Of a stretch of 55,826 nucleotides of DNA, positions 18,127-28,127 are shown piece after piece. The stretch covers positions 1-55,826 of the forward strand of contig DAIRVC010000001.1 in NCBI GenBank assembly GCA_036803025.1, given 5' to 3'. The stretch is from Anaerolineales bacterium. Lineage in GTDB: Bacteria; Chloroflexota; Anaerolineae; Anaerolineales; E44-bin32. The stretch's first letter is position 1. The number at the start of each line of letters is the position of its first letter. The translations under genes and the position numbers were made by a program. The notes beneath the pieces were generated by a model, which ran no database searches, was not told where the DNA came from, and worked only from the letters and a program-made list of their open reading frames with translations.

Positions 18127-18372
18127 GTGACCCAGCGAACCCTGTCCGCCTCCGAGGTCTCGGAATTCGCCTTCTGCCGGCGGGCGTGGTGGTACGCGCG
18201 GCAGGGCGAGGTCTCCCGCTATCCGCGCCGCCTGCAGACGGGGGAGGAATGGCACCGTGCTCAAGCTCGGGGCGTTCTGGCGGCAGGCTGCCTGCGCATG
18301 GCGGGCTACGCACTCCTGGTGGCGGCGGCGGTCCTTGGCGCCGCCAGCCTCACGGCCGGCCTGCTGAGGTAA
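18127..18372 (+). CDS. Cas4/DUF83-like nuclease, N-terminal fragment with C-terminal TM helix
   Basis: SASEVSEFAFCRRAWWY matches the Cas4 N-terminal Cys motif. The ORF ends in the hydrophobic helix GYALLVAAAVLGAASLTAGLL. GTG 18127 lies 3 nt after the translin stop. Confidence 0.6.
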   Translation: MTQRTLSASEVSEFAFCRRAWWYARQGEVSRYPRRLQTGEEWHRAQARGVLAAGCLRMAGYALLVAAAVLGAASLTAGLLR

Positions 18373-18376
18373 GTCG

Positions 18377-18886
18377 GTGGGGACGCTGATCCCGCTCCTG
18401 GCGCTCCTGGGTCTTGTGCTGATCTGGCTTGCCGGCCGCGGTCAGGCGCAGTCTGGGATGCCGCGCGGTCGGGTCGTTTATCTTGACCCGGGCAGCCTGG
18501 GGCCGGCGCCCGATCCACTCTACGATGCGAAGTTGGATCTCGCCGGCCGCCCCGACTTCCTGCTCTCCACGGCTGAAGGGGTCATCCCGGTGGAGGTCAA
18601 GTCAGGTCGGGCGCCCCTGCAACCGCATGACTCGCACCTGCTGCAGTTGGCTGCCTATTGCCGGCTGGTGCAGGCGCGTGAGGACCGCCGCCCACCCCAC
18701 GGCGTGCTCAAGTACGCCGATCGCTCACTGGCGGTCCCCTTCTCGGCCAGCCTGGAGGAGCGGCTGCTGGATACCCTGGCCGAGATGCGCCGGGCTGAGG
18801 TGCGCACGCCGGACCGCTCACACGAGTCCGCCGGCCGCTGCCGGGCCTGCGGCTACCGCGAGGGCTGCGACCAGCGGCTGGGCTAG
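18377..18886 (+). CDS. Cas4/DUF83-like PD-(D/E)xK nuclease, core fragment with N-terminal TM helix
   Basis: An N-terminal helix LIPLLALLGLVLIWLAG is followed by GRPDFLL...IPVEVKSG (D...ExK), QLAAY (QhxxY) and a C-terminal CRACGYREGC (C-x2-C-x5-C). GTG 18377 lies 7 nt after GAGG. Confidence 0.7.
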   Translation: MGTLIPLLALLGLVLIWLAGRGQAQSGMPRGRVVYLDPGSLGPAPDPLYDAKLDLAGRPDFLLSTAEGVIPVEVKSGRAPLQPHDSHLLQLAAYCRLVQAREDRRPPHGVLKYADRSLAVPFSASLEERLLDTLAEMRRAEVRTPDRSHESAGRCRACGYREGCDQRLG

Positions 18887-18906
18887 GGCCGCGGCGCGCC
18901 TGCGCA

Positions 18907-18912
18907 TATAAT
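18907..18912 (+). promoter_or_regulatory. TATAAT box 7 nt upstream of nadK ATG (probable leaderless transcript)
   Basis: A perfect TATAAT at 18907-18912 precedes ATG 18920. No Shine-Dalgarno is possible in the 7-nt gap. Confidence 0.45.
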
Positions 18913-18919
18913 AGCCACG

Positions 18920-19789
18920 ATGGCTGACCCCCAACCCCCGCGACGGATCGGCGTGGCCGCGCACCCTCAGATGCCGGAAGCGATCGCGCTGGCCGGAACC
19001 ATCGCCGACTACCTCACCGCGCGCGGGCTGAGTGTCTTCCACGGCCTGCTCTACGACCAATCCCTGCGCGACACGGTTGAGCAGGGGGGTGTTGACCTGC
19101 TGGTCGTCCTGGGAGGGGACGGGACGATGCTGCGCGCCGGTCACCTGTGTGCGCCGGCCGGCGTCCCGATCCTGGGCATCAACCTGGGGCGCTTCGGCTT
19201 CCTGATCGAAGTGGATCGTGAGAACTGGCAGCCGGCGTTGACGCAGGTCCTGAGCGGCGAATTCTGGCTCGAGCGGCGAATGATGCTGCGCATCGACCTG
19301 CTGCGACGAGACCAGTCGATCGGCCAATGGGACGTCCTGAACGAGTGTGTCGTCGGACGAGGTGAGGTGGCCCGGCCGGTGCGCCTGATGGCCGAGGTCG
19401 ATGGGCGCTACGTGACGACCTACGTCGCCGACGGGCTGATCGTCGCCACGCCGACGGGCTCGACCGCCTATGCATTGGCCGCCGGCGGGCCGATCCTGCC
19501 TCCGGAGCTGCGCAATATCCTGATGATCGCCGTCGCTCCCCACCTCTCGGTGGACCGGGCGATCGTCCTGCATGACGGCTCGCGCGTGCGGGTGACCGTG
19601 CGCACCGACCACCAGGCTACCCTGAGCGCCGACGGCCAGGCGCCCGTGCGCCTGGAGGACGGTGACCTGGTCGAGGCACGGGCCGGCGAGCACACCGCCC
19701 TGTTTGTGCGCACGCGAGACGCCGGTTACTTCTACGCCAGCCTGCTTTCCAGGATGGGGCGGAATCCCACGGCCGGAGACGCACCATGA
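18920..19789 (+). CDS. nadK: NAD+ kinase
   Basis: It contains VVLGGDGTMLRA, GINLGRFGFL and ATPTGSTAYALAAGGPI motifs. Confidence 0.92.
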   Translation: MADPQPPRRIGVAAHPQMPEAIALAGTIADYLTARGLSVFHGLLYDQSLRDTVEQGGVDLLVVLGGDGTMLRAGHLCAPAGVPILGINLGRFGFLIEVDRENWQPALTQVLSGEFWLERRMMLRIDLLRRDQSIGQWDVLNECVVGRGEVARPVRLMAEVDGRYVTTYVADGLIVATPTGSTAYALAAGGPILPPELRNILMIAVAPHLSVDRAIVLHDGSRVRVTVRTDHQATLSADGQAPVRLEDGDLVEARAGEHTALFVRTRDAGYFYASLLSRMGRNPTAGDAP

Positions 19790-20316
19790 CGATCGCATCG
19801 CTGACTTGCGCCAACCACCCCGGCCGCGAGACGACGCTGCGCTGCAACCGCTGCGAGAAGCCGATCTGCAGCCAGTGCGCCGTGTTGACCCCGGTCGGCT
19901 ACCGCTGCCGGGAATGCGTGCGCGGCCAACAAGCGGTGTTCGACACTGCCCAGCGGACGGACTACCTGATCGCCGGCGCCATCTCTCTGGTGCTGGTCGG
20001 GGCGGCCACGGCCCTGTTGGGCGTCCTCGGGTTCTGGAGCCTGATCGTCTCGCCGCTGGCGGGAGGCGGCGTGGGCGAGGTCGTGCGCTGGGCGGTCCGC
20101 CGCCGGCGCAGCCGGCGCCTGCCTCTGGCGGCCTCCATCGGCGGCGCGCTCGGCGTGGCGGCGAACCTCGTTGTGCCGCTCAGCCTGCTGCCGTTCCTGG
20201 GGAAGGTCGACCTGCAAACCGTCGGAGCGCTCCTATCGACAATGCTCTGGCCGCTGGTGACCGGGGCGGTCATTGTGGGTTCGCTTTACTATCGATTGCG
20301 CGGCATCCGCCTATAG
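19786..20316 (+). CDS. B-box-type zinc-ribbon membrane protein
   Basis: The N-terminus CANHPGRETTLRCNRCEKPICSQC...YRCRECV has 8 Cys/His ligands and is followed by ~4 TM helices. The ATGA overlaps the nadK stop. Confidence 0.6.
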   Translation: MTIASLTCANHPGRETTLRCNRCEKPICSQCAVLTPVGYRCRECVRGQQAVFDTAQRTDYLIAGAISLVLVGAATALLGVLGFWSLIVSPLAGGGVGEVVRWAVRRRRSRRLPLAASIGGALGVAANLVVPLSLLPFLGKVDLQTVGALLSTMLWPLVTGAVIVGSLYYRLRGIRL

Positions 20317-20332
20317 GACGATCGACGCCCGC

Positions 20333-22072
20333 ATGCTGACCGACCTTCATATCCAGGACTTCGCCATCATCGACCGGCTGGACCTCACGTTCGGCGCCGG
20401 CTTCGTAGTGTTCACCGGCGAAACCGGTGCCGGGAAGTCCATCATCATCGACGCAGTCGAGATGCTATTGGGCGGGCGCGGCGATTCCACGCTGATCCGC
20501 ACCGACGCCCCGGCGGCGGTCATCGAGGGCACATTCCACCTGCAGGGCCGGGCGGGCCAGGAGGTGGCGGAGGTCCTCGAGCGCGAGGGCCTCCAAGATG
20601 AACCGCAGTCCGTCGTGCTGGGGAGGGAGATCCGCCGCGAAGGGCGGAGCATCTGCCGCATCAACGGTCGGACGGTCGGGCTGGCGCTGCTGCGTGAGGT
20701 CGGAGACCTGCTCGTCGATGTGCATGGTCAATCGGAACACCTCAGCCTGCTGCGCGTGCGCGAGCACATCGCTCTGCTGGACCGCTTTGCGCAGGTCGAG
20801 GACGAGCGAGAAGGATTCACTGAGCGCTACGACCGGTTGACGGCGATTCGGCGCGAGCTCGACGAATTGCGCCAGCGGGAGAAGGACGCCGCCCGGCGGA
20901 TAGAGATGCTTACCTTTCAGGTGAACGAGATCGAGTCGTCGGCGCTCAAACCGGGCGAGCTGGCCGGGCTGCAGGATGAACGCACGCGTCTGGGCAACGC
21001 CGAGCAGTTGGCGGCGCTGACCGATCAGGCGGTGGCGGCGCTGGACGAGGCGGGCGAGACGGGTGAGCCGTCGGCGCGTGACCTGCTTGGGCGGGCGGGC
21101 GCGGCGCTGCACAGCCTGGCCAAGATCGACAGCAGCCGTGAGCCCGAGAGCGCCGAGGCCCAGGCGCTGCTCGAACAGGCCGGCGAACTTGCCCGGCGGT
21201 TGCGGGTGTATCGCGAGAGCGTTGAGTTCAGCCCCCACCGGTTGGACGAGGTCGAAGAGCGCCTCGGCCTGATCCGATCGCTGGAGCGCAAGTACGGCGG
21301 AAGCATCGAGGCGGTCCTGGCGCATGCGCAGGCGGCCCGGCAGGAACTGGAGACGATCACGCATGCCGAGGAGCGCATCCGGACCCTGGAGGCCGATGAA
21401 GCCGCGGGCCTGGCCGAACTGGGGGCGCTGGGAAACCGGTTGTCGCAGGCGCGGCGCAAGGCGGGGGAGAAGTTGAGCTCGGCGATCGAGGCCGAACTGG
21501 CCGACCTGCGCATGGCGGGAGCCCGCTTCGGAATCGACCTGAACTGGGAGGACGATCCGGCCGGCGCCGCGGTTGGAGAGCGCCGCGTTGCCTTCGGTCG
21601 GGCCGGGCTGGATCGGATCGAGTTCCTGGTCGCTCCCAACCCCGGCGAGGGCCTCAAGCCGCTGGCCAAGATCGCCTCTGGAGGCGAGACCTCGCGGCTG
21701 ATGCTCGGGCTGAAGGGCGTCCTGGCTCGGGCCGACCGCACGCCGACACTGATCTTCGACGAGATCGATCAGGGCATTGGCGGCCGCGTGGGCGGCGTGG
21801 TCGGCGAGAAGCTGTGGCGGCTGGCGCGCACGCACCAGGTCCTGTGTATCACCCATTTGCCGCAGCTGGCCTCGTTCGGCGACCAGCACTTCAAGGTCGA
21901 GAAAGAAGTACGCAAGGGGCGCACCGTCACAACCGTGAAAGACCTGGCTGACGAGGCGCGCGTCCCCGAGCTGGCGCTGATGCTGGGGACGGCCAGCGAG
22001 GCGACCATGGAGAGCGCGGTCGACCTGCTGCGCGGCGCGACGGAGACCAAGATGAAGGCCTCCCGCGCCTGA
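20333..22072 (+). CDS. recN: DNA repair protein RecN
   Basis: It has MLTDLHIQDFAIIDRL..F..GF.V.TGETGAGKSIIIDA (Walker A), a long coiled-coil and a C-terminal ASGGETSRLML...IFDEID.GIGG. The nadK-recN linkage is the classic one. Confidence 0.93.
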   Translation: MLTDLHIQDFAIIDRLDLTFGAGFVVFTGETGAGKSIIIDAVEMLLGGRGDSTLIRTDAPAAVIEGTFHLQGRAGQEVAEVLEREGLQDEPQSVVLGREIRREGRSICRINGRTVGLALLREVGDLLVDVHGQSEHLSLLRVREHIALLDRFAQVEDEREGFTERYDRLTAIRRELDELRQREKDAARRIEMLTFQVNEIESSALKPGELAGLQDERTRLGNAEQLAALTDQAVAALDEAGETGEPSARDLLGRAGAALHSLAKIDSSREPESAEAQALLEQAGELARRLRVYRESVEFSPHRLDEVEERLGLIRSLERKYGGSIEAVLAHAQAARQELETITHAEERIRTLEADEAAGLAELGALGNRLSQARRKAGEKLSSAIEAELADLRMAGARFGIDLNWEDDPAGAAVGERRVAFGRAGLDRIEFLVAPNPGEGLKPLAKIASGGETSRLMLGLKGVLARADRTPTLIFDEIDQGIGGRVGGVVGEKLWRLARTHQVLCITHLPQLASFGDQHFKVEKEVRKGRTVTTVKDLADEARVPELALMLGTASEATMESAVDLLRGATETKMKASRA

Positions 22073-22243
22073 GCGACACCTCTGTCCTGTTGTTTGTGCC
22101 GCATTCCTCAATCACGTTTGGCGGGCGGGGCAACCCCGGAGGCTCGCGCGGGTTAACTGGTTTCACAGGAGCTGCCACCGGGCTCAGCGGCGGGCCTCTC
22201 CCAGGCGGAGATCCTCACGCCGGGCCGAAGTGGGGAGGCCGAC

Positions 22244-22654
22244 ATGTGGTTCAATCCTCTGATGACCGCGGTCCTGCGTTCGCCGTTTCACGCTCTGCTC
22301 AGCCGCAACACGATGCTCATTAGCGTCCGGGGGCGCAAGAGCGGGAAGGTCTACGCCACGCCGGTGAACTACGTCCCGGTGGGGGATGAGCTCTGGACGG
22401 TCAGCTTGCGCAAGCGGACCTGGTGGCGCAACCTGCGCGGCGGTGCGGCCGTGACGCTCTTGCTTCGAGGCCGGTCCGTGCAGACGACCGCGCAGGTCGT
22501 TGAGACGCAAGAGGATGTGGCGAAGGGGCTGGGCCGCCTGGTCGAAGCCGCACCCGCATACGGCCGCTACTTGGGGGTGGGCGGGAGCCTGGAGGGGCCG
22601 GCACTTCAGGAAGCGGCGCGTGAGCGCGTTCTGATCAAAGCGCGCGGCGCATGA
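22244..22654 (+). CDS. DUF385 / deazaflavin-dependent nitroreductase-like family protein
   Basis: The SVRGRKSGKVYATPVNY...WWRNLRGG..V.L pattern resembles the split-barrel DUF385 family. Confidence 0.5.
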   Translation: MWFNPLMTAVLRSPFHALLSRNTMLISVRGRKSGKVYATPVNYVPVGDELWTVSLRKRTWWRNLRGGAAVTLLLRGRSVQTTAQVVETQEDVAKGLGRLVEAAPAYGRYLGVGGSLEGPALQEAARERVLIKARGA

Positions 22655-22684
22655 CGGCTGCGCGTTTCCACGTGGGGGGTCAGC

Positions 22685-23542
22685 GTGAGTGAGCCAGGAT
22701 CCTCTCAGGGGCGATCGGGGTTGCGCGGTTGGGCGAGGGACCACGCTCTGCAGGTCTTCTTCGGCCTGGCGCTGCTGATCACCTGGACGATCGAGGCGCC
22801 GTTGATCGCGGCCGAATACGGGTGGATCAAGCGGCCGGTGCCGATGGCGCTGCACTATCTGGGGGCTTACGGCCCGATGCTGGCGGCGATCGTCACCACC
22901 GCACTCGGCCAGGGCGCCGCCGGATTGAAGGAGCTGCTCAGCCGGGTCACGCGCTGGCGTGTCGGCTGGGGCTGGATTGCCGCCGCCCTGTTGTCTCCGG
23001 CACTGCTGTTCGCTGTGGGCATCCTTGCAGCCCGGTTGGTGAGCGGTGATTGGCCCTCGCTGCGTCAGCTCGGCCAGGTCAACTACCTGCCGAATCTCGG
23101 CCTGGGCGCGTGGCTGCTCTGGTTTCTGACCTTCGGTCTGGGTGAGGAGACCGGCTGGCGCGGATTCGCGCTGCCGCGCCTCCAACGCACGCGTTCGGCC
23201 GGGTCGTCCACGCTGTTCCTTGGTCTGTTCTGGATCGTCTGGCACCTGCCGGCCTTCTTCTATCTGGACACGTATCAGGCGCTGGGCCTGTGGATGCTGC
23301 CCGGCTTTGCTTTCTCGGTGCTGTGTGGTGCGGTCGTCTACACCTGGCTGTACAACAGCACCGGCGGCAGCATCCTGATGGCCGCGCTGTGGCACGCCTC
23401 GTTCAACTACTTCAGCGCCTCGGACGCCGGCCAGGGTGTGGTGCAAATCGTGATGAGCGCCGGCGTAATCGCGGCCGGGTTGCTGATCCCGCGCATCCTC
23501 GGCCCGGAGAACTTCTCGCGAATCCCGCGCCAGCGTCTGTGA
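22685..23542 (+). CDS. CPBP-family intramembrane glutamic endopeptidase (CAAX protease-like)
   Basis: It is a polytopic membrane protein with GEETGWRGFALPRLQ, a WH motif and HASFN. Confidence 0.8.
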   Translation: MSEPGSSQGRSGLRGWARDHALQVFFGLALLITWTIEAPLIAAEYGWIKRPVPMALHYLGAYGPMLAAIVTTALGQGAAGLKELLSRVTRWRVGWGWIAAALLSPALLFAVGILAARLVSGDWPSLRQLGQVNYLPNLGLGAWLLWFLTFGLGEETGWRGFALPRLQRTRSAGSSTLFLGLFWIVWHLPAFFYLDTYQALGLWMLPGFAFSVLCGAVVYTWLYNSTGGSILMAALWHASFNYFSASDAGQGVVQIVMSAGVIAAGLLIPRILGPENFSRIPRQRL

Positions 23543-23576
23543 TGGCTGAGGGCGCCAGGGAGAGCGAAAGGCGGGG

Positions 23577-24248
23577 ATGAAGGAGGGAGATCGCGGCCTG
23601 GGACGGAGCGGATGGCTGTGGGCGAGTTGGGTGGCGGCCAACGCGCTGGGTGAGCTGGTCGGCCTCGGGCTGACCGGGGCCATCGGTGCCTTGATCTTGT
23701 CTCGGCAATCGACGCTGGGGGACTCACGCGCCCTGTTCGAGTTGCTGCTGGCCGTGGTCAGCGGCGCGTGCGTCGAAGGCGTGGCGGTTGGCTTGGCTCA
23801 GTGGACAGTGCTGCGGCGAGTCCTTACGGGGATCGCGCGTCGGACCTGGATCCTGGCTACAGCTGTCGGCGCGGCGGTCGCCTGGGCGCTGGGGATGCTC
23901 CCCAGCACAATGATGGACACGGGCGGGGAGGCAAGCGCGCCGGGACCGGAGCCGAGCGCGGCGACGATCCTGGTCATGACCATCGGGCTTGGGATCGTCG
24001 GCGGAGCGATCCTGGCCGGCCCGCAGTGGCTGATCTTGCGCAGGCACCTAGCGGGCGCGGGCTGGTGGGTCCTGTTCAATGCCGCCGCCTGGGCGGCCGG
24101 GATGCCGATCGCGTTCGCGGCGGTGAGTGCGGTCATCGACGGGCGCGGGATCGCCATCGCCGCCGGCTTGCTGCTGGCGACGGGCGCAGTCGTAGGGGCG
24201 ATCCACGGGCTGGGACTGGTGTGGTTGGTGCGAGAGCGGGCCGTGTGA
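23577..24248 (+). CDS. Hypothetical polytopic membrane protein with internal duplication
   Basis: About 6 hydrophobic helices are present. The motif G.AQW.VLRR.L / GPQWLILRRHL occurs twice. No family was recognised. Confidence 0.4.
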   Translation: MKEGDRGLGRSGWLWASWVAANALGELVGLGLTGAIGALILSRQSTLGDSRALFELLLAVVSGACVEGVAVGLAQWTVLRRVLTGIARRTWILATAVGAAVAWALGMLPSTMMDTGGEASAPGPEPSAATILVMTIGLGIVGGAILAGPQWLILRRHLAGAGWWVLFNAAAWAAGMPIAFAAVSAVIDGRGIAIAAGLLLATGAVVGAIHGLGLVWLVRERAV

Positions 24249-24369
24249 GGCGGCGGGTTGCACGTGGACTCCGACTGGAATGGGACCGCCGTGCCACTAG
24301 GCGGTCCGAATCTCAGGTCGCAACGCGGAGGCTGCGCCGAGGCCTGTCCGGGCTCCAAGGGGGACAACC

Positions 24370-24906
24370 ATGTCAGTGCATCCGATCCGCAAACGCCTGC
24401 GCCTCGAGACATATGACTACACCTCGCCCGGGGCGTACTTTGTCACCGTCTGCACACATCAGCGCAACTGCCTGTTCGGCGAGGTCCTAACCGGCGGCAT
24501 GCTCCTCTCGGAGGCTGGCCTGGCGACCTTCAGGACATGGCAGGAGCTGCCTCAGCATTTCGCGGACATCCATGTGGATGCCTTCGTTGTCATGCCCAAC
24601 CACGTGCATGGGATCGTGTTTCTGGAGGCATCACCGGTAGGGGCGAAGCATGCTTCGCCCCTACCGAAGGGAAGGAATGTACACGGCACCACGCCTGGGT
24701 CCTTGGGGGCGATCGTGCAGGCGTTCAAATCGGCGGCCTCGCGCCAGATCAACAGCCTGCGCGGCACGCCCGGGGCGCCGGTCTGGCAGCGAGGCTATTT
24801 TGAGCACATCGTGCGTTCGCCGCGCGAACTTGACCGGCTTCGCGGCTACATCGAATCCAATCCGCTCCGCTGGGAGTTGGACCGGGAGAATCGCGCGGGT
24901 CTGTAG
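24370..24906 (+). CDS. REP-associated tyrosine transposase-like protein (RAYT / IS200-like Y1 HUH family)
   Basis: It has YFVTVCT, the HUH motif MPNHVHGIVFL, and the catalytic Tyr region PVWQRGYFEHIV. Palindromes are associated (see repeats). Confidence 0.8.
   Translation: MSVHPIRKRLRLETYDYTSPGAYFVTVCTHQRNCLFGEVLTGGMLLSEAGLATFRTWQELPQHFADIHVDAFVVMPNHVHGIVFLEASPVGAKHASPLPKGRNVHGTTPGSLGAIVQAFKSAASRQINSLRGTPGAPVWQRGYFEHIVRSPRELDRLRGYIESNPLRWELDRENRAGL
24635..24666. repeat. REP-like 32-bp perfect palindrome inside the RAYT CDS
   Basis: CGGTAGGGGCGAAGCA|TGCTTCGCCCCTACCG was read directly. It encodes ..PVGAKHASPLP.. between the HUH and Tyr motifs. Confidence 0.85.
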
Positions 24907-24922
24907 GGGCGAGGCAAGACCG

Positions 24923-24954
24923 ACGTAGGGGCGAAGCGCGCTTCGCCCCTACGT
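24923..24954. repeat. REP-like 32-bp perfect palindrome downstream of the RAYT gene (also a likely bidirectional terminator)
   Basis: ACGTAGGGGCGAAGCG|CGCTTCGCCCCTACGT shares the GTAGGGGCGAAGC arm with 24635-24666. A half-site GTAGGGGCGAGG at 24903-24914 overlaps the stop codon. Confidence 0.85.
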
Positions 24955-24973
24955 TCTCTATCGGAGGACGATC

Positions 24974-27451
<2,478 letters not shown>

Positions 27452-27647
27452 GGTCTACCTTCCTTTGGCGCCCGCAACATTGGGCGCCGGCGGGAGGATT
27501 ATAGTCCGCGGCGTGAGGCCCCGTCTATTAACGTTCCATATGAGCTTCCCGTCAAGCGCGGCGCGGGTTGACATCCGGCGCCGGGCGAGTAACTTTCGGG
27601 TGCCGGCAGCATCCAACACGAGAGAGACTTTCATCGGAGAGACACGC

Positions 27648-28058
27648 ATGGAAATGGAGATCACTTTCCCCGGCGGGGCCCGAGTGGATGCCCAGTTTGG
27701 GGCGTACAGCGTCCGCACCGATCAGCCGCCGCAGGGCGGCGGGGAAGGCTCAGCGCCGTCGCCCTTTGCCTACTTCCTGGCCTCGCTGGGGACGTGCGCC
27801 GGGATCTATGTGCTGAACTTCTGCCGAAAGCGCGGCCTGCCGAGCGAGGGCATTCGCCTGCTGCAGCGCAGCCACACCAATCGGGCCAGCGGCATGGTCG
27901 AGAAGGTCGAGATCGAGATCCAGCTGCCGCAGGGCTTCCCCGAGAAGTACCGCGAGGCGCTCATCCGGGCGGCCGAGCTGTGCGCGGTCAAGAAGCACCT
28001 GGAGAACCCGCCGGCCTTCGAGGTGACCACGCGCAGCCTGACGACCGCACAGGGCTGA
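27648..28058 (+). CDS. OsmC-family peroxiredoxin-like protein
   Basis: It contains SPFAYFLASLGTCAGIYV and ELCAVKKHL (the two OsmC Cys). The internal ATG at 27648 is preferred over ORF start 27369. Confidence 0.75.
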   Translation: MEMEITFPGGARVDAQFGAYSVRTDQPPQGGGEGSAPSPFAYFLASLGTCAGIYVLNFCRKRGLPSEGIRLLQRSHTNRASGMVEKVEIEIQLPQGFPEKYREALIRAAELCAVKKHLENPPAFEVTTRSLTTAQG

Positions 28059-28127
28059 GGCAGGGCAGCGACCGATTCAGGCGCGTCGGCCGACGCCCTT
28101 GCTGTACAATCGCGGTGGAGGTGGGGA

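Noticed and set aside
18127-18886. The Cas4-like genes as part of a CRISPR-Cas locus.
   Set aside because: There is no repeat-spacer array and no cas1, cas2 or effector gene anywhere in the window. They are treated as a stand-alone DUF83/PD-(D/E)xK nuclease.
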